Source of the DNA: Macrostomum lignano
Lineage: Eukaryota
Length of the DNA stretch: 64,000 bases
Assembly: GCA_002269645.1 (NCBI GenBank)
Contig: NIVC01001075.1
Location: 248,001-312,000 of the forward strand
Reading direction: 5' to 3'
Shown here: one piece after another, positions 21,301-34,857 of the stretch
How positions within the stretch are numbered: position 1 is the stretch's first letter
Layout: every line of letters begins with the position of its first letter
Translations under genes and position numbers: made by a program
The notes under the pieces: generated by a model
Seen by the model: only the letters and a program-made list of their open reading frames with translations
Told to the model about the DNA's origin: nothing
The model's database searches: none

Positions 21301-24300
21301 ATGCCAGCAAGTAATTATCCTAAGCGCATCTGGGACGCAAAAACTCGCGCTAGACCAGGTGGGCTGAATAATAAAGACTACTAAAATGTATATTGATATA
21401 TATATCCTTTGACCATTATACTATGCGTCCACAGAGCATTGGCATCACAGATGCCACAGTGGCATCTACACTCGTCCACAGGCATATAATTTATAGGCCT
21501 ATCCTTTTAGTAGGCCACAAAAATTATTTTATAGCTGTCAAAGTTTTAATTTTAATAATAATATTGATAGATAATAACTTTGTACATATACATTCAATTT
21601 TGCAATTATATTAGTATCAGGTCCACTTTTTAAATTTAAATAAATTTTTATCTAGTTTGATGTCTTATTTTTAAATGCCTTATTAGAGTCTATATTGTTA
21701 TTTAGTAGGCCTAAGTCTTGAGTAGACTTTTCTGCTTTCTAGATTTAGAGTTATGGTCCATATTGCGGAAGGTTTTCTGTGTATGCTGGACACATTTTCA
21801 TTGAATTTTTAATTGTACGCCAACAAATTTTAAATGTATGCCAACTTTCTTCAATGCCAAATGTATGCCAAAAAATGACAAATATTTAAATTTAAATTTA
21901 AATGACAAAAAATGATAACAATTTAATAACATGACAATTGTCGTGACGATTTCGGTAATTAAAATGATTAGTAAATCAGAAAATAGTAGCAGAAAAAATG
22001 GTTTTTGAAATAACTTAACACAAGAAAATGCACGAAAAAATTATCTATGTTAATTTGTATGCCAGTGTACACCACACTCCAGATCATGTAGTATACGCCC
22101 AAAAATTCAGGCATGCATTGGCCTTGCACGCCAAAGTTAGGCATGCACAGTTGGTGTGCATCACTCTTGAGAAAATAGTATGCGTGCACACCTGGCGTGC
22201 ACTTTATAGAATCACGCGTAAGAGCTATTGTAAAGTAGAAAAAAGATGAAAAAAGTTCATTTTTAAGCGCAAATTTCAAGCTTTCCAGTTTTTTCCAGCT
22301 TGTAAAAGACTATTTACACAAATTTTTGCATGTATAAACTTTTCGCTGTAAATAGTATCGCCAAAAAAGCTTTAAAAGCAACAAAATTATCTAGTATTAA
22401 GGGTCTATTATGCAATTTAAAAAAAAGGAAAAAAAGGTCGTTTATTGTCACAACGTAAAAAAGGGTCTTTTATTATCGCAACATTGGCATATTTTTGAGA
22501 ATGGGCATGCACTAATTTTTTTCAGCGTGCATTTGTAATTATTCAATTTTTGTTTGGGCGTGCACCCAGCATGATCCGGACTATGGAGTGTATGCCACAG
22601 AACTCAAGTGTACGCCAGAAAATTCTGGCGTATACCCCTCCTTCTGCTATATGGGTTATGGTTAATGCTTATAGCTTATGACATATATATAGGCCTATGG
22701 CATGTCTAGCCATCAGCATAGGCCCTAGGATTGAAAATAAATTTGTTTTATTATAACAAATGCAATATGCAATAATTTTAAATAAAATCACAAGTTTTTT
22801 AACAAATAAAAGCTATACATATAAACCCTTTAGAGTTGTACAAGTTTGACAATAATGTATGAAAATATATGCAAGTCACATATATTATGATTTGCATATA
22901 TATACCTACATATTCTTGCATATATATAAAGCCATGTGCAAGTACCCACAGAATATGTCTAGGATTTTATACCAAAAATTCTATCCTGGCTTAATATTAA
23001 AAAAGTACCTTAAGATGAAATCCAAAAATGTGAAATAAAATGGTAAAAACAATTTGCAAACATTCAATGGAAGGTAATGTATCTAAAAAAACATTTTGAA
23101 AGACAGATAAGTCTTTATAAAATAGTTCTAGACTAGTCAGAAACTATTGTTTTCATGCTTTACATTGCTGAATAAATGAGTAAAAAACCACAAAACAGTA
23201 TTTTAAAAATCCAAGTTGACCAATTCACAATTTTTGCTTCACTTTTTTTCATTTATAAACAATTTATAGACTTGTAATCTTTTTTCACTACTTAATAAAC
23301 AGAAAGTATTCTGTATTTTATTTTTTTATTAAAAAAATATTTAAAAATATGAAAAAATAAAGAATTTCTAAGGATTTCCAAGTTTTTCTAAAATCATATT
23401 AACTTGCAAAAATTCATACTAATTTAAAGTGCAAAGTTTGCCAGCAAACATTCTTTTTCTAACAATAAATATACAGCTAATTCATTGTTGCAAAAGAATT
23501 TTTAAGTTGTTTTCTTTCATTTAAATATCAACTTGTATCATACATGCGCAACTGCTGGCCGAGCTAGCCGATCCGGCCACCGTAAATTGTGGTGGACCAG
23601 GGTAAGTCGCAAAATTGAGTTGACCAAAAACGAAAAAATGCAAGAGGAAAGAGCAATATAGGGAAGTAAAATGGTGAAGCAAAAGAAAAACAAGTTGCAG
23701 CAGAAGCAAATTAAGTTGCACAAATGATTAGGTAAGTCGCAAAAGGAGCAACTAAGTTGCAAAAAGGATTCGGTCAAGTCGCAAAAAGGATTAGGGTAAG
23801 TTGCAAAAGGATTAGGTAAGTCGCAAAAGGATTAGGTAAGTCGCAAAAGGAGCAACTAAGTCGCAAAAAGGATTAGGTCAAGTCGCAAAAAGATTAGGTA
23901 AGTCGCAAAAAGGATTAGGTAAGTCGCAAAAGGATTAGGTAAGTCGCAAAAAGGATTAGGTAAGTTGCAAAAGGATTAGGTAAGTCGCAAAAGGAGCAAC
24001 TAAGTCGCAAAAAGGATTAGGTCAAGTCGCAAAAAGGATTAGGTAAGTTGCAAAAGGGTTAGGTAAGTTGCAAAAAGGATTAGGTAAGTCACAAAAGGAT
24101 TAGGTAAGTCGCAAAAGGAGCAACTAAGTCGCAAAAAGGATTAGGTCAAGTCGCAAAAGGATTAGGTAAGTCGCAAAAAGGATTAGGTAAGTCACAAAAG
24201 GATTAGGTAAGTCGCAAAAAGGATTAGGTAAGTCGCAAAAGGGTTAGGTAAGTTGCAAAAGGAGCAACTAAGTCGCAATAAGAGGGAAGTAAGTCGCAAT

Positions 24301-27300
24301 CAGAGGCAATCAAGGGGTAGTAGGTGCAAGTGTGGCAGGAGAGCAAAAAAACAGAATAGAAGCCTTCAACCACAGACAAGATCTTTGAAATCAGCAGCCT
24401 GTGTCAACAGTTTCCCATTGATTTCTTTAACTCCGGAGCAGGGGTCGGCAAAGTCCAGCTCGCGAAGCCCCTCTATCTGGCCCTCGCCCCTCGGGTTCTT
24501 TGAAACTTTCTAACTAGCAAGGTTGGTGTCTCTTCAACTCTCATCTCTCTCTTCTTCTCTACCTTGCCTCCCCTCTTCTCTCTCTCCCCCTTTTCCCTCT
24601 TCTCTCTCCTTTCATTTTTACTCTCCTCTCTTCTCCCCTCTCCTTTCTCCCCTTTTCTCTCTACCCTTTCTCCTCAATGCCCTCTTCTCTCCTCTTATCT
24701 TCAGCAAAAATGTGTGCATATTTTCTTACTTCAAAGTAGAGGGAATAGAAGATTGGAGATAAGCAAACAGAGGAGAGGCAAGCGATGCAATGGGAGAAAA
24801 GATAGAAGATGAGAGAAAAGCTGAGGGAGGAGAGAGATGAGAGAGATGAGAGGAAAGAGGAAAGATATGATGATGGATGAGATCAGAAGAGAGGAAAGAG
24901 GAAAGAGGAGAGAAGAAAGGAGATAAGGAGTAGACGAGAGAAGAGAGGATAAGGAGGAGATAAGAGGAGAGTGAAGAGAGGAGAGATAAGAGAGTAGAGA
25001 AGAGAGGAGAGATGAGATGAGAGAGTGAAGTGGAGAGAGACGAGAGGAGAGATAAGAATGTAGACAGGAGACAGAAGAGATAAGAGAGGAGGAAAGAGAG
25101 GAGAGAGGAGAGGAAAGAGAGAAGGGATGAGGGATGAGAGAGAAAAGAAAAAGAGGATGAGAAGATTGAGGAAAGGAGAGAATTTGCAAAGGCCTCAAAT
25201 CTTAATTTAACATGCATTTACTCCCATCCTTATTTGCCTTTTTCCTAACTGTTAACAAGTTTTTGTTTGAGCATGACTTCAAATTTAAGAATCTATGCAA
25301 AATAGTTCTGGGAATTGGAATTCAGTGGTTTCAAAATCTGTGGGTTTTCACAGCTTGTATCTCTACTGGATTTGTATTCTGCATCTGATGAGCCATCTGA
25401 ATCAGGGCTCTCATCTTCCATGCCAAATCGTCTAGCAAGTGAAATTATTCTTGAGCTATAGGCCACACTGTATTCACTTCACTTACTTCTAGACATTCAT
25501 GAATCATGACTTTTGTCTTTACATGTCTTTACTCATTGTCATCATTACTAATTGCCTCAGGCCGCCACTATGATATACTGATTAGCTGTAATAAAAACCG
25601 CGAAATCTGCACTAATTAACTTATTTTATAGCTTTATTGTTTTCAAATCACCAAAAACAAAATTTAAAAAATGTGCCTCCATTTTTTTTTGGATTTTTGC
25701 CTTATATAAAATAAGAAAAAAATGAAATTTTACAAAGATGTTATAAAATATTATTGAATACCACTTAGGAAAATTACTAATATACTAGAAATTTCTAGCA
25801 CACTAATTGATAGTTTAGCCATTTTGGCATACCAATTTGAATACCATTTAAGTTTAAAATAATTTTTTTGGCTTTTAATCACTAGAAACTCTAATTATAT
25901 ATCAATATTTTTAAAAAGGACATTCTTTGTGAGAAGGTTTTCTTAGTAAACGTATTCTTAAAGTCAATTGATAACAAAAGAGAAATATTGGCATAGGCCC
26001 TTCCATTATGAAACATGATTATACTTTTTGTAATATACCATATTGTACCATCAGGACTATGGACTAAATATTTGATATCATTTGATATCATTTTTGTATC
26101 TCTATTATTGCATTTAATTTAAAGCAAAGCCAATAAGTATTACATTAATATTATAAAAGCATTATAAAATTTAGTTTTGGGCATTTATTTAACCATTGTA
26201 TAAAAAAACCTATAAAAAGTTGCTCATAAAATTCAAAGTGCCAAAAGTGTATATTTTGGAGTAAAAAACTTGTGCAAAAATTTTGTGCCCAACTTTTTGC
26301 TCCAGAATTGTCATGCAAAGATTCTATCCTAGGTATTAAGTACAATAAATAGTGTTTAAGGTTAAAGATTAAGAGAAACCTATCAAATGTTTTTGACTTG
26401 CTTAACTGATTAGAAACATAGACAATTGGAAATATTGTCATTGTCTGAGACAAAAAACTAAACCATTTGATTTTGCTTTAAACCTAAGCCTAAACTTGGA
26501 ATTATAAGGGTTTAGAATTATTAGGATAAAATTTTGTTTTATTGTTATGAATTTCATATTATTCTATATGTATATATTGTCTATTATTGTCTATTAGGCA
26601 AACTTACAAGGGATAATAGTATTAATAGCAAAATATATCCTTATTATAATGATTGTTCTTATAAATGACAGCTAGACAATACATAGTATTCTTAAAAAAA
26701 GTCATACCAGTAGATGCTAATACACTTTGGTTATTTGTCAAATAGTTGTAAAATTCTAATAAGTAATTTTTAAAAAAATGAATCTAGATTGATAAAATAT
26801 ATATTTAACAATGACCAACGTCTATTCAGTGTATAAATATATAAAAATTTAATTAGTCTTTTTGGTATATAATTTCCTCTATGTTGGTTGATTTTCTCTT
26901 ATTAGATTATTAGTCCTAAAGTTCTGGACTAAAATTTTCTACTATTGTCTATATTGTTTTCTGTAATTTATCAATATTGTTTGTCCTTGATTTATGATTT
27001 TTTGTTTCACTACCAAAATAAATAGTCATAGGTATTAATTAGTATATAATTTTATATACTATAAATTTTATACATCAGTGTGAAAAGGTATTTATCTCCA
27101 AGAACTGGTTTCCAGTGTTTGGTTTTGATCATGATTTTATATTTTAAACCCTACCCTTACTCACTGCTTGAACAGAGCTCTACAAAGACGGCAATAACTA
27201 CTGGGAGGCATACAACTATAAAACATCACTTGATGTCAGCCACACCTCAGTGAAAGACAATGTCGAACGAATCGATTCACGAAAAATCTCGTTGGAACAA

Positions 27301-30038
27301 TTTCGAGAACGATTTGAACGACCATATAAGCCTGTGGTTATCACTCACGATACAGACAATTGGCAGGTAGGAATTCATATTTATATGGTTTGTGTTATGC
27401 TGATGAGTGAGTCATTGTGTGGTCAATGATCAACCAGTGTGACTAGGAATAGAGTATGATCGACTGCAATGACTGGGGGAGGTAATCAATGACCAACAGA
27501 AATGACTGAGGGAATCAATGACCAACAGAAATGACTGAAGGGAATCAATGACCAACAGAAATGACTGAGGGGAATCAATGACCAACAGAAATGACTGAGG
27601 GGAATCAATGACCAACAGAAATGACTGAAGGGAATCAATGACCAACAGAAATGACTGAGGGAATCAATGACCAACAGAAATGACTGAGGGGAATCAATGA
27701 CCAACTGAAATGACTGAGGAGAATCAATGACCAACTGAAATGACTGAGGGGAATCAATGACCAACAGAAATGACTGAGGGGAATCAATGACCAACTGATA
27801 TGACTGCCTTACTGAGGAGAATCAATGGCCAACTGCAATGACTGGGAAGTGGAATCCATGACCGACTGCAATGACTGGGAGAGGGGAATCAATGACCTAC
27901 TGCAATGACTGGGAGAGGGGAATCAATGACCGACTGCAATGACTGGGAGAGGGGAATCAATGACCGACTGCAATGACTGGGAGAGGGGAATCAATGACCT
28001 ACTGCAATGACTGGGAGAGGGGAATCAATGACCGACTGCAATGACTGGGAGAGGGGAATCAATGACCAACTGCAATGACTGGGAGGGGGAATCAATGACT
28101 AACTGCAATGACTGGGAGAGGGGAATCAATGACCTACTGCAATGACTGGGAGAGAGGAATCAATGACCTACTGCAATGACTGGGAGAGGGGAATCAATGG
28201 CCAACTGCAATGACTGGGAGAGAGGAATCAATGACCTACTGCAATGACTGGGAGAGGGGAATCAATGACAAACTAAAATGACTGGGAGAGGGGAATCAAT
28301 GGCCAACTGCAGTGACTGGGAGAGGGGAATCAATGACCGACTGCAATGACTGGGAGAGGGGAATCAATGACCAACTAAAATGACAAGGGATAGATGAATA
28401 GCTTATCGTGAGACAAGTTTATATAATTATAAGAGACTAAAAATGTAGCCCCATCACTGTCTCAGGCCTGCCGCAAGTGGACGGTGCCCAGGCTGACCAA
28501 AAAGTATCGAAATCAGCGCTTCAAATGCGGCGAAGACGACGACGGCTATTCGGTGCGCATCAAGATGAAGTACTTCACGCAGTACATGCGCGCAAATAGC
28601 GACGACAGTCCGCTGTACATCTTTGACGGAAATTTTGGCGAGCATAGGAAGAAGCGCAAGTTGCTGGAGGATTACCGGGTACGCACCTGAGCGTGCTTGA
28701 ATTGGACCTAAGTTATGCAGCCATCATTAGATAGATAATCAGTCCAATTAGCCATCATCAGATAGATAATCAGTCCAATTAGCCATCATCATGAGATAAT
28801 CACTCCAATCATCAGATAATCACTCCAATTAGCCATCATAATCAGATAATACCCCAATTAGCCATTATCATGAGATAATCACTCCAATTAGCCAGCATCA
28901 TCAGATAATCACTCCAATTAGCCATCATTATCATCAGATAATCACTCCAATTAGCCATCATCATGAGATAATCACTCCAGTTAGCCACCATCATCAGATA
29001 ATCACTCCAATTAGCCATCATTATCATCAGATAATCACTCCAATTGGCCACCATCATCAGATAATCACTGCAATCAGCCAGCATCATGAGATAATCACTT
29101 CAATTATCCATTATCATCAGATAATCACTCCAATTAGCTATCATCGGATAGATAATCACTCCAATTAGCTATCATCGGATAGATAATCACTCCAATTAGC
29201 CATCATTATCATGAGATAATCACTCCAGTTAGCCACCATCATCAGATAATCACTGCAATCAGCCATCAGTAGACAATGACTCACCCCAACACCGCCGCAG
29301 GTGAGCCACCTGTTCCCCGAGGACCTGTTCAGCCTGGCAGGCGAGCGGCGCCGGCCGCCATACCGCTGGTTCGTGATGGGCCCGGGCCGCAGCGGCACAG
29401 GCATTCACATCGATCCGCTGGGCACGAGTGCGTGGAACGCGCTGGTCCGCGGGCACAAGCGCTGGTGCCTGTTCCCAATTGATGCGCCCAAGGATTTGGT
29501 CAAGCCAGCCGGCATCGAAGCCTCCAAACAGAAGGGCGAAGCAGCCGCTTGGTTCAGCTGCGTCTATCCTCGGACTCAACAGGCCGACTGGCCCGAGCGT
29601 TGGCGCCCACTGGAGATTCTTCAGAGACCCGGGGAGACAGTGTTCGTGCCCGGCGGCTGGTGGCATGTTGTGCTCAACCTTGACGACACGGTGGCCGTGA
29701 CTCAGAACTTCTGCTCAAGCGTCAACTTTCCAACCGTCTGGCACAAGACTAAACGTGGCCGGCCTAAAATGGCCAGAAAAATGCTGGCCGAGTTGAAGCG
29801 GACGAGGCCTGACCTGGCCGCTGTCGCTGAGTCTATCGATACGAGTCGGCCTAGCGGATTTCACAGTTCATCCAGCAGCTCGTCTAGCAGCTCTTCTAGT
29901 AGCAGCAGCAGCAGCAGCGGCTCCGGAGACGATTCCGCGAGCTCAGACTCCGAGTCTGGCGATAGCGGAGTTGAGAGGACCAAAAAGCGGCGGCGTGAGT
30001 CTGAGCAGCAGGCATCCGCTACTAATGGAGTTCACTGA
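21301..30038 (+). CDS. JMJD6: JmjC-domain protein JMJD6 (lysyl hydroxylase / PSR), about 399 aa; exons 21301-21358, 27176-27366, 28466-28678, 29301-30038
   Basis: [12 protein letters not shown]|[83 protein letters not shown], poly-Ser tail, KKRRR; all GT-AG junctions in frame. Confidence 0.96.
23720..24290 (+). repeat. About 20-22-bp minisatellite (GGATTAGGTAAGTCGCAAAA) in JMJD6 intron 1
   Basis: Direct inspection. Confidence 0.93.
24439..24700 (+). mobile_element. Truncated copy of the hAT-type MITE family (left end plus CT-rich core)
   Basis: CAGGGGTCGGCAAAG...CGCGAAGCCCCTCTATCTGGCCCTC matches the 40114 element; no right TIR found; followed by a GA-rich tract to about 25185. Confidence 0.6.
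27430..28385. repeat. 30-34-bp minisatellite (GGGGAATCAATGACCAACAGAAATGACTGA grading to GGGAGAGGGGAATCAATGACCGACTGCAATGACT), JMJD6 intron 2
   Basis: Direct inspection. Confidence 0.93.
28720..29275. repeat. Variable-length minisatellite (CAGATAATCACTCCAATTAGCCATCAT core), JMJD6 intron 3
   Basis: Direct inspection. Confidence 0.92.
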
Positions 30039-30219
30039 CTATTGAGCAGAATGATTGGTTAATGAACAAAAGTAGAAGAGTACAGTGCGTGATTTTTTAA
30101 ATAATATACTCGTCTTTTTTCGTCCCTAACAACTGACTCTTGACCTGACGGGAGAGGGTTAAGCGCCGATTAACTTTGATGAATTTAGAGCCGTACGTAG
30201 TTAAAGAATAGCCCCAATA

Positions 30220-30550
30220 TAACCCTCTCCAATCCGCCCCAATAAGCCTCTTAAATCCCCTCTACAACCCTCTCAAATCTGCCCTCCACAACCCTCTCAA
30301 ATCCGCCCTCCACAACCCTCTCAAATCCGCCCTCCACAACCCTCTCAAATCCGCCCTCCATAACCCTCTCAAATCCGCCCTCCACAACCCCCTCTCAAAT
30401 CCGCCCTCTAAAACCCTCTCAAATCCGCCCTCTAAAACCCTCTCAAATCCGCCCTCTAAAACCCTCTCAAATCCGCCCTCTAAAACCCTCTCTAATCCGC
30501 CCTCTAGAACCATCTCAAATCCGCCCGAAAGACCCTCTGAAATCCGCCCC
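30220..30550. repeat. About 23-bp minisatellite (AACCCTCTCAAATCCGCCCTCCAC)
   Basis: Direct inspection. Confidence 0.9.
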
Positions 30551-31193
30551 AATAAATTTTGCCATCTGAATGACCAGAAGCGCTTTTATAAATTTCGATC
30601 CCTTTTCATTGTAACTAAACTTTTAGTTGCGGATGATTGGATGATTGCGGAAAATTACTTCAAAATATTCCTACCTAAACTTCACAGCAAGCAACTATTG
30701 TGTGTTCGCTAAAGTATTTATAATTAAACTTCTAAGTGTATTACATGCGAAGTTAAAAGTACTTTATTTACTACTGTTTATCCGTTTGCACAAACAAATT
30801 CGCACAGCAAATAAGGTTGAAAAAAACAAATGATTTATTTAACCAAATGCCCGATATCTTTCCGTGTCTAAACAGAATTTCCCGGGAAAAAATCGTGTAT
30901 ACTACTAACAATACTGGTACTCGCGCATTGCATCAACGGCGGCTGTTGGAGCAGATAGTTGAATTATTATAATTTTGTTTGCTAGATCTACTTCGTACCT
31001 GTGACTCAATGTTGTTGCTCTGCTAAATTTTATCATGTCCTTTTCTAACTGCGCTACTGTTGAAAATATAATTTGTATGGATTTAAATGGTGCGAAAAAG
31101 TTTAACAAACTGTTGCAAACTGTTTTTATGTGTCCAAATATATCTATTTTTATGCTAAAATATATGACTTGGCTGCTTTTTATTGCGCTTAAG

Positions 31194-31489
31194 CCGCTGC
31201 TCCACCCTCTGTGCTACTCTCAGTCTGGAAAGAAGTTCCGTATGTCTGTGTCTTAGTGTCTGTCTGTCTGTCTGCCTGCCTGCCTGTCTGTCTGCCTGTC
31301 TGTCTGTCTGCCTGCCTGTCTGTCTGCCTGCCTGTCTGTCTGCCTGCCTGCCTGCCTGTCTGTCTGTCTGCCTGCCTGTCTGTCTGCCTGTCTGTCTGTC
31401 TGTCCGTCTGTCTGTCTGTCTGTCTGTCTGCCTGTCTGTCTGTCTGTCTGCCTGTCTGTCTGCCTGCCTGTCTGTCTGTCTGTCTGCCT

Positions 31490-31523
<34 letters not shown>

Positions 31524-33920
31524 CTGTCCGTCTGTCTGTCTGTCTGTCTGCCTGTCTGTCTGTCTGCCTGTCTGTCTGTGTTTGTCTGTCTGTCTGTCTG
31601 TCTGTCTCCCCTCCCATTCGTCTCAGTGGCCAAATGCCAAAATCGTGTACAGAAAAGTCTAAAATAGAGCTGCAATCAGTTTGCCTAACAGGTTTCCCCT
31701 ACACACACCGGCTCCCCTCAACCGGTTCCACCTTGCAGAATCCGCCGCAGTCTCAGTCCACCGACCCGGTGGGTCACATCGTGCACTTCGTGACCTCCTG
31801 GGAGGCGGCGAAGATGTGGCCATTCAGCTGCTTCGGCAACCCGCACTGGCCCAGCCTCCCAGAGCTGGCCGACATCAGCCCAGAGGAGCTCCGACTGGAC
31901 GCTTATCAGAGTCGAACCGGCCCAGCTGTGTGGAGTGCTGAGCACTTGGCCAAGATGGCCAGCCTTGCCCAGGAGTACTCGGCTAAACGGCAGGCCATTA
32001 AGCAGCCGAATGCGGCTGTGTTAGAAGCGCTGGTCAGTTTATTTCCCATTGAAATCCGTTTATTACTACATTGATATGAGCGCTTATTATGTTTATTATT
32101 GTCATAGGACTCACAGATACTAGAATATAACTAGATGGGCCACTCAGGCATATATGCTTAGCAAAACAGCTTTCTACTTTCAGTGCAGTAGCAAAGAAGA
32201 CTACATAAGCTATTTTTATAAGAATAAAGCCAGCTGAAATGACTTTGATAAGTTTAGAAGCCCAAGCTAGCAGGTGTAAGCAGCTTGCTAATTAGTTCAG
32301 TCATAATGTACATTAGCGACTGAAATGTACATGGCTGGAGCAACCGAGGAAGCTAATAAAAAGGGGGCAGGGGTAGAGGTTCTGTGTGGAGTTGGGGGGT
32401 TTAAGCTGGGGGAGGTCTTAAAAACCAATAAATGAGCCTTGTCTTTAAAAATACATTAAAATGCCTTAGTTTAACCTACTACTGAACTGAAAGTAGCTTA
32501 CACGCAAATGTGCTGAGTGGCCCATCTAGTTATTCTAGTATCTGTGATAAAGACATGTTGCTTAAAACATACTCGTATTATAGCATTAAAATTCGCTGCT
32601 TACCTACTGGAATCTTCACTGAACAAGTAGACTATGTAGGACATTATTGAACATTTCGTGGTAATTTTTACTCTTAATTTTTAAGAGCCTCTGTAATTTT
32701 GCAACCTCAAAGATAGTCAGTCTTAAAGCAGGTGTTGCCCAAACCAGCAGAAAATGACACAGCAGGAAACCTCCATTTTCTGCTTGCAGAAGCAGTACGT
32801 CGCTCAGAATCAGCACCTCCGACCAAGCGCGCAGCAGAAAGCGCCTGCTGCCACAACTGGCGGCGGACTTGTCGCTCCGCGTCGATCTGGCGGTTTGTTT
32901 GGCGAGGCGCCTACTGCGTTTGCTTCCAGCGCCGGTGGCGCCGCTGGTGGTCTGTTTAGCGGCGCCCAGACTTCGGTGTCTTCAACTCCAGGTGGCCTGT
33001 TTTCTGGCGCCCAGACTCAGGCGCCACGTTCGGGGGGTCTGTTTAGTAGCGCCCAGACTTCAGCGCCAAGTTCCGGTGGTCTGTTTAGCGGCGCCCATAC
33101 TTCAGCTCCAAGTTCCGGTGGTCTGTTTAGCGGCGCCCAGACTTCAGTGTCTTCAACCGCTGGCGGCTTGTTTAGTAGCGCCCAGACCCAGGCGCCAAGT
33201 TCCGGTGGTCTGTTTAGTAGCGCCCAGACCCAGGCGCCAAGTTCCGGTGGTCTGTTTAGCGGCGCCCAGACTTCAGTGTCTTCAACCGCTGGCGGCTTGT
33301 TTAGTAGCGCCCAGACCCAGGCGCCAAGTTCCGGCGGTCTGTTTAGTAGCGCCCAGACTTCAGTGTCTTCAACCGCTGGCGGCTTATTTAGTAGCGCCCA
33401 GACCCAGGCGCCAAGTTCCGGTGGTCTATTTAGCGGCGCCCATACTTCAGCGCCAAGTTCCGGTGGTCTGTTTAGCGGCGCCCATACTTCAGCGCCAAGT
33501 TCCGGTGGTCTGTTTAGCGGCGCCCATACTTCAGCGCCAAGTTCCGGTGGTCTGTTTAGCGGCGCCCAGACTACGGTGTCTTCAACCGCTGGCGGCTTGT
33601 TTAGTAGCGCCCAGACTCAGGCGCCAAACTCCATCGGCACGTTTACTCAGCCGCAAGCGTCGGCATCAACAACTGCAACAACACTGGCAGCCACGACCGC
33701 CACCTCAGCTTCCGCTTTCTCCTTCAGCAAGGCCGCCGGAGGCGCCGTGTCGAGTCCGACTTCGTCGACAACCGCCGGCAGCTTTGCCGAATCGGCGCTA
33801 AAATTGGACTACAGCCCGTTGGAGAGCCTGTCGGAAGCTGAGAAGGCAGCCTACCAAGCTGAGGAATTTGACCCGGCTTGTGTACCGCTGAAAGCGCCGG
33901 CCATTGAGTTCTGTCGATAG
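31194..33920 (+). CDS. NUP42: Nucleoporin NUP42/NUPL2(CG1)-like protein; exons 31194-31239, 31692-32032, 32790-33920; first coding exon uncertain (possibly 31035-31074)
   Basis: WEAAKMWPFSCF...DISPEELRL and C-terminal YSPLESLSEAEKAAYQAEEF...VPLKAP resemble conserved NUPL2 blocks as I recall them; GGLF repeat region; in-frame GT-AG junctions. Confidence 0.82.
31240..31605. repeat. (TCTG/CCTG)n microsatellite starting at the splice donor
   Basis: Direct inspection. Confidence 0.95.
32111..32547. mobile_element. MITE-like inverted-repeat element in a NUP42 intron
   Basis: TCACAGATACTAGAATA(TA)ACTAGATGGGCCACTCAG at 32111 and its reverse complement ending at 32547; weaker similarity continues inward; no TSD recognised. 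Confidence 0.7.
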
Positions 33921-34269
33921 GGGCCGTCCCTCGCAGTTAATTCTGCGTCTTTCAATAGTCCTAGTAGCTCGTAAATGCTGGGATGCAATCGTCTCTTTGC
34001 GAACGTTTTTTGTAAACATACTCGTATATTTTGTTTGAACAAGATGAATTTTTCTGGCTAAAGTGCATGCAAATTATAGTGTAAATACACACGCTTATGT
34101 TCTGCTCGTGATGACTGCCTCTTTTCTGTTTCCTATACATGCCATCTTTTTCCTTGACTCTGTTTTTTGCAATTTTTAAAAAACTGCTAATGAAGTCACG
34201 GGCAAGGATCCATTAGCTTTATTATTTCTTTAGCTTATGGCAGATAGGCAGTAAGACAAACAGTTATAC

Positions 34270-34351
34270 ACTCAGACAGGCAGACACTAAGGCAGACAAA
34301 CAGACAAACACAGTCAGACAGACAGACAGTTAGACACTAGGGCAGACAGAG

Positions 34352-34389
<38 letters not shown>

Positions 34390-34395
34390 TAGACA
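34270..34395. repeat. (CAGA)n microsatellite
   Basis: Direct inspection. Confidence 0.9.
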
Positions 34396-34455
34396 AAGAG
34401 GCAAAAACAGAAATCAATGTTTGCGAGAATAACACAGTGACTTCTATCAGAATTC

Positions 34456-34857
34456 TCATACTCCTCCAACGGAAGATCCTCCTGCAAGGCAAAGGAATGT
34501 CTCAGCCTCATAATAATAGTCCTCGAGTTTCTGGCGAGTTTCTCGTTTCATAGCTGTAGCTATGAGAAGAAGGAAAATAGGGAGAAAGATGTGTACGCAG
34601 GTGTCAATCGATACCTGTGTCTGTTTGCAAAGTATATTCCATACATATTTCACTAAAATCCTGCTTCGACTGAAGCTCTTTGTTTTGCTAGTTGACCTCG
34701 GCGCATATACAATACTGGCGGGAATAACATTGAACACGGCTCTCTGTACTTTTATATAGGTGTTTGAGTCTCTACCAGGTGAAGTCACTCTTCTTGGCCC
34801 AGTTTTTGCCAGTGTTTCCATTTGCAGCTCAGAAGCTGAAATTCTGTGTATCTCCAT
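34456..34857 (-). pseudogene. Possible heavily decayed non-LTR (RTE-like) reverse transcriptase fragment
   Basis: Only faint resemblance (IFLPIFLLLIATAMK...LEDYYYEAETF versus LSPFLFLLVIDWIMK...LDDLDFADD); catalytic DD absent. Confidence 0.25.

Noticed and set aside
23545-23602. Short open stretch ending in G|GTAAGT as an extra JMJD6 exon
   Set aside because: No acceptor, no similarity to JMJD6, and the donor is the first unit of the minisatellite.
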